From: an uncultured Gemmatimonadota bacterium
GTDB taxonomy: Bacteria > JAAXHH01
DNA length: 64,000 bases
Direction of reading: 5' to 3'
Assembly: GCA_951812955.1 (NCBI GenBank)
Contig: OX638340.1
Location: 3,616,001-3,680,000 of the forward strand
Position numbers and translations under genes: made by a program. Shown here in pieces: positions 53,932 through 63,858 of the stretch. Every line of letters begins with the position of its first letter. Position 1 is the first letter of the stretch. The notes beneath the pieces were generated by a model that was not told the DNA's origin, ran no database searches, and worked only from the letters and a program-made list of their open reading frames with translations.

Positions 53932-54720
53932 TCAAGCCGCTTTCGGGATGTGAGAGATCAAGTTCTGCAGGTGCCGTAGTCGTTCGGGCGTGGCCGTGGA
54001 AACCAGGGGGCCGTTCTCCCTGCCAAAAACTTCCCGCGTCGTATAGCCGTGTTGACGGATGATCTTCTTGTACGCCTCGAGCGCAGGGCCTTCCGTATGA
54101 TGACCTGTAAATACGATCGTGAACATGCGCCGCCTTGTCCCCCCGCCCCACGCGCTGTGCTTGGTGGAATGATTGAACACGGCCAGGTCGCCGGGTTGGG
54201 TCTCGACGGCGACTGCGGGAACCTCGCTGCCGTGGAGCCCACCCCACCCTCCCTTCCTGCCCGTAAGGTGTTCGTGGACCGATTCCGCGTAGCCTTCGCC
54301 GAACCGGTGGCTACCCGGGATGACCCGGAGCGCTCCCGTGTCCCTCGTCATGGGATCCAGGTAGATCGCCATCTTGAAGAACCGGATCGGTTCGGGCCAC
54401 TGGGTGTCGGAGTGCCATCGCGTGTCGCCCACATACAGATTGCCGTCGCTGTTCCAGTACTGGTATTGATCGCCCAGCAGGCCGGCTGCGATGCCGTGTA
54501 TGCGGGGATCGTCCAGCAGCGTGCACAGGTAGGGATCATGGTTGATAAACGGCACGATGGCCAGCCGCTCCACGCCTGCGTGGTCGTCGCTCCCGTTTTT
54601 TTTCAGCAGCCCATCGAAAGCCGCTGCTATTTCATCGATCCTGTCGTTGAGCAGACCGGGAAAGTGTAGATACCCGAAGGTATCCATGAATTCCTTCTGG
54701 TGTGATTCAAGTTGAAACAT
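53932..54720 (-). CDS. PhyH-family dioxygenase (paralog 11; close paralog of 40860..41711)
   Basis: 262 aa; MFQLESHQKEFMDTFGYLHFPGLLNDRIDEI…; …RWHSDTQW…. Confidence 0.8.
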   Translation of the reverse strand: MFQLESHQKEFMDTFGYLHFPGLLNDRIDEIAAAFDGLLKKNGSDDHAGVERLAIVPFINHDPYLCTLLDDPRIHGIAAGLLGDQYQYWNSDGNLYVGDTRWHSDTQWPEPIRFFKMAIYLDPMTRDTGALRVIPGSHRFGEGYAESVHEHLTGRKGGWGGLHGSEVPAVAVETQPGDLAVFNHSTKHSAWGGGTRRRMFTIVFTGHHTEGPALEAYKKIIRQHGYTTREVFGRENGPLVSTATPERLRHLQNLISHIPKAA

Positions 54721-54787
54721 CGTAGTTCCTCATATTCGCCAGATGTCCATTGGCGCCAGCCGACAGGCTTCTTTACCTCGGGATCCG

Positions 54788-55867
54788 TCAGTATTCTTCG
54801 AGCACGGATCCCTCGATGCCCCGTGTTCCATCTTCATAAACATAATAGTAAACGACCAGCACCCGTCCATCATTCAATTCGAGCGACCAGGGATACCCGC
54901 AGTCCGGTTCCAGGGAATCGGCGCGCACGACGATTTCCGGCGCGGTATCCAGGTCGCCGGCTTCGGGATCGAGGACACGCGCCAGGCATCCCATCTGTCC
55001 TTCCCACCGGGTTCCCACCGTGGCCAGGATGCGGCCGTCCCGCAGCCCGAGCAGGTGTCCGGGACATCCCCGCATCGTCGTCGACCGCCATGGGGACCAG
55101 GTCTCGCCTCCGTCATCCGAATGGACTTCCACCAGGTGCACGTCCTGTCCTGGTGGTTGGTTCGGATGACAACGGAAGAGTACCAGGATACGGCCGGACG
55201 GCGTCATGTGGATCGCCGGTTCGCTGAAATGAGCGACGTCGTCCACGGCAATGCGCCCGGCATAAGTCCAGGTATGTCCGCCATCGGTCGACGATTGCAT
55301 CATGCCGAAAAAGGGTGGCCTGCCTTCTGGATGATCCGTCGCCTTGCCAGGTAGCAGAAGACGCCCGTCCGGCATCTCCAGCAAACCGCTCCGGCAGACC
55401 CCGGAGTGCGACGCGGGATGGCCGTTCACGGCGTCCGGCATTGGTGGAAAGCTTTCGGGATGTGTCCAGGTCGTCCCATCGTCCAGCGATCGTACGTTGA
55501 AACCCACTCCCGGGCGGGACACCCAGGTATGCTTGGAGACCTCCGGCGGATCGGCGGGTAACAAATCCACCGTGCTGGCGTGCAGGAAGATTTCACCGGA
55601 TGAAAGGGGATGGGTGCCGAAATCGACCACGCCGCCGAAGGGGTAGGCCGTTACCAGTTCAACCGGCCCCCAGGACTGCCCTTCATCTTCGGACCGGCAG
55701 GCCCGCACGTCGAAGAGGGGATGGCTGTGGTGACTGAATCCCGTGGCGGGTGACCGGTGAAATAACGTCAGCAGGTCACCGCCGGGTGTCCGGATAATGT
55801 TCGGATGGGCGCCGTACCAGCCCTCATCGCGGTAGATCGTAATATGATCCGCTACGCGCCAGCTCAT
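54788..55867 (-). CDS. BNR-repeat (sialidase-like) beta-propeller protein, no signal peptide
   Basis: Four Asp-box motifs: SEDEGQSW, SLDDGTTW, STDGGHTW, SDDGGETW. Confidence 0.8.
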   Translation of the reverse strand: MSWRVADHITIYRDEGWYGAHPNIIRTPGGDLLTLFHRSPATGFSHHSHPLFDVRACRSEDEGQSWGPVELVTAYPFGGVVDFGTHPLSSGEIFLHASTVDLLPADPPEVSKHTWVSRPGVGFNVRSLDDGTTWTHPESFPPMPDAVNGHPASHSGVCRSGLLEMPDGRLLLPGKATDHPEGRPPFFGMMQSSTDGGHTWTYAGRIAVDDVAHFSEPAIHMTPSGRILVLFRCHPNQPPGQDVHLVEVHSDDGGETWSPWRSTTMRGCPGHLLGLRDGRILATVGTRWEGQMGCLARVLDPEAGDLDTAPEIVVRADSLEPDCGYPWSLELNDGRVLVVYYYVYEDGTRGIEGSVLEEY

Positions 55868-56018
55868 GTGGACTCAGTCCTTCCGGTGTTCGATCCAATT
55901 TGTTCACGTTGGATTGAATTTCAACGAAATCGACGATGGATTCAAGCACAAACCTGTGGCAGCCTTGCGGAAAACGAAAATATGGTCAGATTTCTCGACA
56001 AATCCGGACTGGCGGTTC

Positions 56019-56088
56019 CGTCTCAGGTGGACATCGCGGCAAGCCGCCTGCATGCGTCTGTCTCAGGTGGACATCGCGGCAAGCCGCC
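56019..56088. repeat. Two copies of a 28-30 bp direct repeat (tctcaggtggacatcgcggcaagccgcc) separated by 12 bp
   Basis: Copy 2 (56061-56088) contains the last 8 codons and the stop of the minus-strand kinase-like gene; copy 1 (56021-56048) lies just downstream and duplicates them. Confidence 0.7.
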
Positions 56089-56725
56089 GGAGCGCGTCGG
56101 GCGCTCGTCCAGTTTCAATATGCCTCAGGATCATGCCGCCACCAGTTTCGGCGCTCATTTCGGATGTATCGATCTCGAGGTCATAGATGCCGGGTTTATG
56201 TACTTCCCGGTCCCAGATCCGTACGAGATCCGGGACAGGCGCGTCGGCCGGTATATCCTCTCCCCTGTGCCAGGTTTCCCTGCGGCGTCGCCACACTTCG
56301 TCAACCGGGCACCGCACGCCTACGAAATACACCCGCAGTCCGTTCAGCCGCTTCGCGCAGTCGTAGAGGATACCGCTCACGGTAGCGTAATCATCATGAT
56401 GCGCGACGTCAGAAACCACGTTCAGGCCCTTGCGAAGCTGGACTGCGATGGAATCGTAGAGCGCTTCGTACATGTTGGGTATCAACGGTTCGAGGTCGGG
56501 CCGTTCGCCGCCTGGCCGGTTCACGATAGCGGCGGGCCGCAGCCCGATCCCTGGGCGAAACCGCGGCGGCGTGATATCTATGAATCGATCGGCGCCGAGG
56601 TTCATCCATGGCTCCCGCGACATCTGCTGGATGGCGGACGCGATACTGGATTTCCCGGATCTGGGCGCTCCGTTGAGTATCACGGCTGTGCCTTGTACGG
56701 TCGTGGAATCAGGCAAGGCGCTCAT
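56063..56725 (-). CDS. P-loop kinase-like protein, chloramphenicol phosphotransferase (Cpt)-like / zeta-toxin-like fold
   Basis: Walker A VILNGAPRSGKSSIA close to the N-terminus, as in Cpt-family proteins. Start chosen at MSALPDSTTVQG; upstream in-frame M codons extend to 56902. Confidence 0.55.
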   Translation of the reverse strand: MSALPDSTTVQGTAVILNGAPRSGKSSIASAIQQMSREPWMNLGADRFIDITPPRFRPGIGLRPAAIVNRPGGERPDLEPLIPNMYEALYDSIAVQLRKGLNVVSDVAHHDDYATVSGILYDCAKRLNGLRVYFVGVRCPVDEVWRRRRETWHRGEDIPADAPVPDLVRIWDREVHKPGIYDLEIDTSEMSAETGGGMILRHIETGRAPDALRRLAAMST

Positions 56726-56912
56726 CTCCTTAATGACGTGCCGCAACACTCCCGAAAGCAACCCCTGTCGCCCTGCTGGAAACAGGTCCATCGGCGTCCC
56801 TGTTTCGTTGTGGATTCTCCGGAATATAGGACTTATCTTCGATGAGAGGAATTGGTATTTATCTTCTACGGCCGCGCTGTACAGGTATCCTTGTAACGGC
56901 AATTATCAGCCA

Positions 56913-58283
56913 ATGACGACTCGACTAATAACGGGCAACTACGAACTCAACGCGAGAATCACCGGCGCAGGTTCGGCGCCGGCTGCGACCATCCGTTTTT
57001 CCGGAGGCGAACAGGCAAACGCTGTCCTGGAAATCGACGGCCGTGGCTTTCGCGTAGTCCGGCGGGCCGGGAGAGCTTGCACCGTGCTGAAGGACTATAC
57101 CGGCGGGGGACCGCCCCCCTGGGAGGTACGCGTGCTGAAGAAGGGCAACTTCTTCCGTTTCCGCGTAAACGGAAACACGGGCTGGATCCGGGGCCCAACG
57201 GGCGAATGGGTCGGATTGTACGATCCATGGGAGAACACGCTGGTTCTGGAGGGGTCCGGGGGATGCGGATACGAATCCTGCACGGTCACGACGCTGCCCT
57301 GGCTGAGCCAGATGACGGAACCGGTCATTTCCCTGGGCCCGGCGGGCAGTCACTACGAAAAGCAGATCATTCCAGGCGCGAACATTGAAATAGACGGGCG
57401 CTACTACATGTACTGCATGGCGGGCATGGAAGGCGACCAGGAAGGGTCCTCGCGGCGTACCATCGCCGTGGCGGAAAGCACAAATCTTATAACGTGGAAA
57501 GTGCACCCTTCGCCCGTCCTTTCCCATGCGGACGCGCCGGGAGACAATATCTACGTGAACGGCGCGGTCGTCACGCCCGAGGGGCAGGTTGCCATCATGT
57601 ACGCCGTGCAGCAGTATCCGTCCTGGATCGGATTCATGATCGCCTTGGCCGATGATCCACTGGGCCCATTCACGCCCTTCGCGGGAGATCCCGTCTACCG
57701 GCATTTCAACGACGCCGCACACGAATTCGACCTGCGGCGGGTGGACCATCCGGATTACCGTTACATCATGTTCTACGCGGGTTACACGCCGCGGCAATCG
57801 GGGGGCTGGCCGGGCGGAGACCGGGGCTACCTGCTTTACAGCGACGACCTCGTGGACTGGCGCGAGGACGCGACCAATCCCGTATTCGGTCCGGAGACGA
57901 GGGACGACTGGGACGCCGTGCACGTCCGGCCACGGTCGCTCGATCGTATCGGCGACACGTGGTATCTCTGGTACGAAGGGTGCAACGCATGGACGCCGCC
58001 GGGCACGGCAGGGCGGGAACAGTGGTGCGATTCGGTCGGACTCGCCCGTTCGGCGGACCTTGAAAACTGGTCATACTATCCCCGAAATCCAGCGCTGCCG
58101 GCACTGGGAATCGGAGCTGAGCGTTTCGACAATACCTGGACCGGCTGGCCTCGCATGGTCGTAAAAGACGAGGTAGGATACGTGTTCTACACAGGAAACG
58201 CCCAGGTTGGCCTCAGAACGATTCCGATCCGTCGCCTGGTGGACTGGGAGTCCGAAGGCGGGGAGACGCTTCGGATGTTTTAG
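56913..58283 (+). CDS. Putative glycoside hydrolase with 5-bladed beta-propeller (GH43/GH32/GH130-like) and N-terminal beta-sandwich domain
   Basis: ~457 aa from ATG 56913; …GRYYMYCMAGMEGDQ…TIAVAESTNLITWKVHP…MFYAGYT…GDTWYLWYEGCNAW… resembles a furanosidase-type propeller. Confidence 0.5.
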   Translation: MTTRLITGNYELNARITGAGSAPAATIRFSGGEQANAVLEIDGRGFRVVRRAGRACTVLKDYTGGGPPPWEVRVLKKGNFFRFRVNGNTGWIRGPTGEWVGLYDPWENTLVLEGSGGCGYESCTVTTLPWLSQMTEPVISLGPAGSHYEKQIIPGANIEIDGRYYMYCMAGMEGDQEGSSRRTIAVAESTNLITWKVHPSPVLSHADAPGDNIYVNGAVVTPEGQVAIMYAVQQYPSWIGFMIALADDPLGPFTPFAGDPVYRHFNDAAHEFDLRRVDHPDYRYIMFYAGYTPRQSGGWPGGDRGYLLYSDDLVDWREDATNPVFGPETRDDWDAVHVRPRSLDRIGDTWYLWYEGCNAWTPPGTAGREQWCDSVGLARSADLENWSYYPRNPALPALGIGAERFDNTWTGWPRMVVKDEVGYVFYTGNAQVGLRTIPIRRLVDWESEGGETLRMF

Positions 58284-59092
58284 GCGGGTTTTCCTGGGTC
58301 GTTCGGGGAAGATGGCTCGCGCGGGGCGGACGGGGCGCGCGGGGCGGACGGGGCGCGCGGGGCGGACGGGGCGGCCGCCCGCATCTTCCGCGCCTGGTAC
58401 CGGCGCGCCAGGTAAACCGGCAGGTACACCGCGAAGAACATGACAAGCGCCACGGCGTCGAGGATGGGGATGTACCACGGCCACGGCGCGAAGAAGAAAG
58501 GCGACACCGTACCCCAGGGCGGCTTCGAGAGGTACATGTAGTTCGACCCCAGGAGCAGATTGACGATACCCACGGCCATGGCGAATACATTCAGGGCTAT
58601 AAAGGCGCGAAAGAGTCCGGCCAGCGTGGGCCGCATGCCCAGGCCCCAGGTGGCGTAAAGGACGCCCACCACGATACCGGAGTGGACGATGAAGTACTGG
58701 AAGAAACGCCACGAAGGGAAACCGGCATCCATGGCACCCGGCGTGATCACGGCGTTGGCGGAACCGACCAGGCCCCAGAAGTAGGCGATCTCGTAGGTCC
58801 GCCGGCTGCGGAACAACAGGGTAGCGGCCGTGACCAGATTCGCGACACCGCAGATATGCAGCGGCAGGTGATTCCGTATGAAGTAGTCCAGGCCGAACTG
58901 CAGGAGGCGCTGTCCCCCGGCCGAGACTTCATTGATCAACAGCATGGCGGCGAGCAGGTAGCCGATGGCGGCGGCCACACGGCCGTCCGGGTTTCTTCGC
59001 GCCAACTTAGATAGCACGACGGCGAAGATCAGGGTCAGGCCCATCACCACGAGGTGCGGGGTCCCGAATGTCTGGAATTGGGATGGGTTCAT
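58280..59092 (-). CDS. Polytopic membrane protein (YwaF-like / TMEM164-like intramembrane family) with (APSAPR)n C-terminal tail
   Basis: Start MNPSQFQTFGTPHLVVMGLTLIFAVVL…, ~7 TM segments. C-terminal …AAAPSAPRAPSAPRAPSAPREPSSP is encoded by 18-bp repeats. Confidence 0.6.
   Translation of the reverse strand: MNPSQFQTFGTPHLVVMGLTLIFAVVLSKLARRNPDGRVAAAIGYLLAAMLLINEVSAGGQRLLQFGLDYFIRNHLPLHICGVANLVTAATLLFRSRRTYEIAYFWGLVGSANAVITPGAMDAGFPSWRFFQYFIVHSGIVVGVLYATWGLGMRPTLAGLFRAFIALNVFAMAVGIVNLLLGSNYMYLSKPPWGTVSPFFFAPWPWYIPILDAVALVMFFAVYLPVYLARRYQARKMRAAAPSAPRAPSAPRAPSAPREPSSPNDPGKPA
58318..58371. repeat. Perfect 18-bp tandem repeat x3 (cgcgcggggcggacgggg)
   Basis: Encodes the APRAPS repeats at the 3' end of the minus-strand membrane protein gene. 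Confidence 0.8.
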
Positions 59093-59248
59093 GATGTAGA
59101 ATGGGTGAGGTGGCATTGCCCGATCTACCGAAGATACATCGCGAAGCATTCCGGTCAAGGCGGCGGGCTGATCAGGCCGGTGCCGCCCCCGGCGATGGAT
59201 CCGGCTTTTCCGGCAGGCATCCATAACCTGAAGAGATGACCATACTCC

Positions 59249-62053
59249 ATGATTACGTTGTTTAAAAACGGACTACCACAGTCACAGATCGTGCTGTCCC
59301 CTTCGTCCGGACCGGCAGAACGGCGTGCCGCTCTCGAGTTCCAGCGCATCGCGAAATGCATGTGCGGTGTTGAACTGCCCATACATAAGGTGTCGGACGG
59401 ACAATCTCCAGCCGGCGCCGATGGATCTCCAGCCGGCGCCGATGGATCAGATCCCGTCCCCGGAGACGCCTCAGGTCGGGTATACATCGGGTGGGCGCCT
59501 CAGGATCTCGCCATCAATCTCTCCGAAACCGCCCTGGGCTACGACGGTTATGTCATCCTGTGCGCCGGCAACATACTGGTGCTGACAGGACGAAAGCCCT
59601 ACTCGGCGCTTTATGCCGCGTACCGCCTGTTCGAAGAACATCTTGGCTGCGGTTTCTTCGAAGAAGGCGAGCAGATTCCCCGGACGGATACCGTCTCGAT
59701 TGGCGAACTGACGGACTACCGCAAGCCCCGGTTCAAGTGGCGGATGTATTTTGCGAACATGCAGGATGCCTACAGCGGCATGCGCTGGTGGACCTGGGAG
59801 GAGTTCAAACCCTGGATCGACTACCTGGTCAAGAAACGGTTCAACATCCTCGAGAGCGGCAACATCGCGGACTGTTGCGGCATCGGCGCGCTGGCGGCCA
59901 ACCGGCTGGGCGTACCGGTGGAACTGACCGACTGGCAGAAAGCGCGCATCGCGTTGCTGCGGCGCGTCTTCGACTATGCCCGGGAGGCCGGAATCCGGAT
60001 CCGGTACCGCATGCAGCTTCACGTGGGCACGCCCGCGGTCAATCCCGGTTTTTCTCCCTACGCTGACGGCCGACAACTCCAGGAATTCGTGGACGGGTAC
60101 GAGGCCATGACCGGCGCGAAGATCCGCGTGGCGCCCCTGGAGTGGTGCGGCGAGTCCGAGATCGTCCTCGACCCGCGGGACCCGGTGACCCGGCGGTTCA
60201 CAACCGCCGTGGTGGAGTCTTACGGACAAGCGCTGGGTACGGACCATCTCTACAGCCTGTGGCTGCCCACGGAGGAGACCTGGGTGGAGGATGACCCGGA
60301 CCGGGCCGCGGAACTGACCCGCGCGTCCGTCGACGGCATGATCCAGGCCATCCGGGAAGGCGACCCGGACGCGGTGCTGTTCAGCCCACGGGTGTGCACG
60401 GACAATCCCACGGCGGCCGCACAGGCGCAGGCGGTCCGGGACGCAGGCCTGCCCGTGATCGGCAACATGTTCCTCAACCACGGCGGCCGCATGTACGACT
60501 TCCTGCGGTGCGACTACTACTGGGGCCTGCCGTGGTCCACGGGCATGTGCGGCCAGTGCGGCCGGGAGACCAACCCCAACGGCGATATCGAAACGGCGAT
60601 CAACAATGCCCGGTCGCTGGCGGATCACCCAAAGGCGCGGAACCTCCAGGGCTTCATGGTGTCGACCGAAACCAACCATCGGAACGTCATGACCATGGAT
60701 CTCTACGCGGAGCTGTCGTGGAATCCAGCGGACCTGGATCCCGACGACTACATCGAACGGTGGAACCGCAGGAGATACGGACCGGCGGCCGAAGGCACCC
60801 GTCCAGCCGTCCGGATATTCGCCGAAACGATCATGGCCTACTTCGACCCGTGCACCCACAACGGTCCGCTTTACCGAAACTGGGACGGCACCCTGCTGCC
60901 CGGTCTCACTTCCGGGTCCGTCAAACGGCTCATCGGATTCCTGCCGTCCCTACACGAGATGCTCGAGATCCTGCTTTCCCCGTACGATAAACTCGGAGAT
61001 TCCCCCATGTACCGCTTCGACCTGGTGGATATCGGACGCACCTACCTGGCGGGCATCTTCAACCATCGCCTGGCTGACGCGCGCAAGGCCTTTCGCGCCG
61101 GGGACAGGGAAAGGTTCGAGCGAATGGCCGGGGAGACGGAGCAGGTAATGCTCGCCATGGCCCGGTACTGCAGTGCCCATGAGCAGTTCAGGCTGAAGAC
61201 CCACGACGAATGGGCGGCGCGGTGGCCCGAGATCGTGCCCGGCCACGCCAACGGCGAAAGCAACTGGATCACCTTCACCGCGCTGATTTCCCTGGAAAAC
61301 TGGCAGGTGCTGCTGGACTACCTGCCGGAAGATTTCGCCGAGATGATCGTCCACTATTTCCTCCCCCGCGTGCGGCAGTACATCGACCGGATGCGGACGA
61401 TGATGGACCGGGGCGAGGATATTTCGGAACGGCTGGTGGACCGGGATTCAGACGTGGATCTGCCGTCCCGCGTGGCGAATTGGTCGACGCCCCAGGGCAA
61501 CACGCCCTGGTCGCCCTACGGGGACACCTGCGAGCCCGAGTTGACCGAAGAGGACGAAGCACTCGCCCTTAGGCTCATCAAGGCCGGATCCGTAAGCGGC
61601 AGCTACGACTATTATGAGGGTCCACTCGATACGCTCGTCCGCGAGATGCTGGACGAGTTCCCGTCCCCCGGGGACATCGAGGAGATCCTCGCGGAGGAAG
61701 ACTACGCGCCGCCGAGTAACCGGCTGGTATTGCACGGCGTCCCCGGTGAGACGATCGAGGGCTTCAACGTGCCCGGTTTCGTGGAAAGGGTCGAGGTCCC
61801 GCGAGAACTCCAGAATCTCATCGCGGTGCGCGAGGTACGCAGGGAGTACAATATCGCCCGGGGTGAGATCGCCCTGTACCAGGTGACCGTACCGCCGGAG
61901 GTCGAACTGACCCGCCTCGAAGACGTATCCGCTTCCTCGGACGGCCACGATGTTGCGGTATTCACCTTCCAGGAGGGAGCAACTGATTACAAGGTATGGT
62001 TCGACAGCGGGACGGACCTGGACGTGGCCTCTTTGGTAGTGAAACGGATTTAG
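59249..62053 (+). CDS. Large (934 aa) putative glycoside hydrolase, TIM-barrel type (GH20/GH89-like or DUF4838-like)
   Basis: Long uninterrupted ORF with aromatic-rich blocks (…MRWWTWEEFKPWIDYLVKKRFNILE…). Family assignment is tentative. Confidence 0.45.
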   Translation: MITLFKNGLPQSQIVLSPSSGPAERRAALEFQRIAKCMCGVELPIHKVSDGQSPAGADGSPAGADGSDPVPGDASGRVYIGWAPQDLAINLSETALGYDGYVILCAGNILVLTGRKPYSALYAAYRLFEEHLGCGFFEEGEQIPRTDTVSIGELTDYRKPRFKWRMYFANMQDAYSGMRWWTWEEFKPWIDYLVKKRFNILESGNIADCCGIGALAANRLGVPVELTDWQKARIALLRRVFDYAREAGIRIRYRMQLHVGTPAVNPGFSPYADGRQLQEFVDGYEAMTGAKIRVAPLEWCGESEIVLDPRDPVTRRFTTAVVESYGQALGTDHLYSLWLPTEETWVEDDPDRAAELTRASVDGMIQAIREGDPDAVLFSPRVCTDNPTAAAQAQAVRDAGLPVIGNMFLNHGGRMYDFLRCDYYWGLPWSTGMCGQCGRETNPNGDIETAINNARSLADHPKARNLQGFMVSTETNHRNVMTMDLYAELSWNPADLDPDDYIERWNRRRYGPAAEGTRPAVRIFAETIMAYFDPCTHNGPLYRNWDGTLLPGLTSGSVKRLIGFLPSLHEMLEILLSPYDKLGDSPMYRFDLVDIGRTYLAGIFNHRLADARKAFRAGDRERFERMAGETEQVMLAMARYCSAHEQFRLKTHDEWAARWPEIVPGHANGESNWITFTALISLENWQVLLDYLPEDFAEMIVHYFLPRVRQYIDRMRTMMDRGEDISERLVDRDSDVDLPSRVANWSTPQGNTPWSPYGDTCEPELTEEDEALALRLIKAGSVSGSYDYYEGPLDTLVREMLDEFPSPGDIEEILAEEDYAPPSNRLVLHGVPGETIEGFNVPGFVERVEVPRELQNLIAVREVRREYNIARGEIALYQVTVPPEVELTRLEDVSASSDGHDVAVFTFQEGATDYKVWFDSGTDLDVASLVVKRI
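59405..59446. repeat. 21-bp tandem duplication (tctccagccggcgccgatgga x2) encoding SPAGADG x2
   Basis: Direct perfect duplication inside the large ORF, near its N-terminus. Confidence 0.7.
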
Positions 62054-62195
62054 CGCGGGCCGCATATAACGCCAGCGGTTTGTATGACGCGTAACGGCGG
62101 AGTTTCCTTTTGACAGCCGCTGACCTCGCCGCTTAACATTGCATAGGGTTTAGCATACCGTCTGCACCGCGGAACATTGTCCGGAGCATCGACCT

Positions 62196-63002
62196 ATGAT
62201 GCCTGCACCGGAAGACTACGACCTCGACCTCAAAGTAGCGGAACTCAAGATCAATGGGTTTACGGCCTTTGAAGATCTCATTCCGCCAGAGAAGATCGAC
62301 CGGATTCGTGAGGCGTTCCTGCCCAGACTGAACCGGCTCAGGGATCGCGAGAAAGGCGGGATTCATCCGGAAGAGCGGGGTGAGGTGAGCACGGGAAAGG
62401 GGCGCCAGCAGTTCATCAACCGCTTTACGATGCACGTGCCCTGGGAGACTCCTTTCTCCGATCCGGATATCTACGAGAACCCGGTCGTGCTGGCCTTTCT
62501 CGAGAGATACTGGGGCGCGGACGATTTTCAAATCACCTGCTATCATTCCAACAACCCCTACCCAGGCAGTGAATTTCAACCGTGGCACCGGGACATCCAC
62601 CTGATCACGCCCCACGTGGGCCTGCCGGTCTGTCCCCACTTCGGCATCAAGTTTCCCCTCGTGGACACGAACGAGGAAAACGGCAGCTTCGAGGTCATGC
62701 CCGGCACCCAGTACCTGGCGGACCCGGAAATGGAGAAGGCGTACGACGAGATCCTGTGCAACGGCCATTTCCCGGGCGCGCACCGGATGAACCTGAAGAA
62801 AGGGACCATGTGGGTGCAGGACCCAAGAACCCTGCACCGGGGTACGCCGAACCGGTCCGATCACGCCCGCATGGAACTGGTCATCTGCTATTCCCGGCCG
62901 TGGTTCCGTCCGTCGACCGTAGAGATATCGCAGGCGGAATATGACAAACTATCTGAACGCGGCCGGGCAATGCTGACACGCAGCATCATCACGGCGTCCT
63001 GA
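62196..63002 (+). CDS. PhyH-family dioxygenase (paralog 12)
   Basis: 268 aa; …FQPWHRDIHL… HxD and …HRG… distal His. Confidence 0.8.
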   Translation: MMPAPEDYDLDLKVAELKINGFTAFEDLIPPEKIDRIREAFLPRLNRLRDREKGGIHPEERGEVSTGKGRQQFINRFTMHVPWETPFSDPDIYENPVVLAFLERYWGADDFQITCYHSNNPYPGSEFQPWHRDIHLITPHVGLPVCPHFGIKFPLVDTNEENGSFEVMPGTQYLADPEMEKAYDEILCNGHFPGAHRMNLKKGTMWVQDPRTLHRGTPNRSDHARMELVICYSRPWFRPSTVEISQAEYDKLSERGRAMLTRSIITAS

Positions 63003-63044
63003 CCCCTTTCATCTGCCTACCGCGATCTGTATGAGGAGCAGCCC

Positions 63045-63839
63045 ATGTTGACCGAGGCCCAGATCGCCCATTTCCAGACCTTCGGATTCCTGGTCATACG
63101 ACAGGCCTTCACGCGTTCGGAGGTGGAGGCACTGATCCGGGAGGCCGATGCGGCTTACGCGGCGAAATCGGACCGCGAAAAAGACGGCTCGTCTTCGATG
63201 TGGACATCTGAGTTAGTAGAGGAACGCCCGGCCTTGATGAAGCTGATGGAGGACGACCGGATCTACCTGTCCATAGGCGGACTCCTGGGCCGGGATTTCA
63301 TCTGGAACGGGTCCGAAATCATGTGGGGGATCGACCCGACGCTGGCCGATCACACCTGGCATTTCGATGGCCATAAGACCTCGCGGAATCTCGACTATCC
63401 GCGGACCAAGGTCATGCTGTACCTCGATCCCCAGCGGAGGGACACCGGCGCGCTGCGCGTCATCCCCGGTTCCCATCGGGATCCTCTTCACAAAGCGCTG
63501 TTCCCCCTTCAGGACGCCCACCTGGGCGGAGACCCCAACCCTTACGGCGTCGAGGGACCGCAGATTCCCGCCTGCGCCATCGAAACGGATCCGGGCGACA
63601 TCGTCTTCTTCAACCAGTGGCTGTATCACGCGGTGTACGGCAAGGAGGGAAAACGGAGGGTCATCGTCCTCAAGTTCGGACCCCGGCCACGGACGCACGC
63701 CCATCTGGCCATGCTGCGGGACGGCGCACCTGCCGGGTTTGCGCCACATCCGGCTTTAAGCAACAGCAAGCGTCTCCGTATCAGGCGACTGGCCGAGGCG
63801 TGCTCCGAACTCGAAGCGCAGGTTGAAAAACTGGATTGA
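63045..63839 (+). CDS. PhyH-family dioxygenase (paralog 13)
   Basis: 264 aa; MLTEAQIAHFQTFGFLVIRQAF…; …HTWHFDGHK… HxD. Confidence 0.8.
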   Translation: MLTEAQIAHFQTFGFLVIRQAFTRSEVEALIREADAAYAAKSDREKDGSSSMWTSELVEERPALMKLMEDDRIYLSIGGLLGRDFIWNGSEIMWGIDPTLADHTWHFDGHKTSRNLDYPRTKVMLYLDPQRRDTGALRVIPGSHRDPLHKALFPLQDAHLGGDPNPYGVEGPQIPACAIETDPGDIVFFNQWLYHAVYGKEGKRRVIVLKFGPRPRTHAHLAMLRDGAPAGFAPHPALSNSKRLRIRRLAEACSELEAQVEKLD

Positions 63840-63858
63840 AGCGCGGACCGGCCGGCGG

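Noticed and set aside
56019-56088. Possible mini-CRISPR (29-bp repeat, short spacer)
   Set aside because: Only two copies and a 12-bp spacer; no cas genes in the window; the repeat is simply the duplicated 3' end of the adjacent gene.
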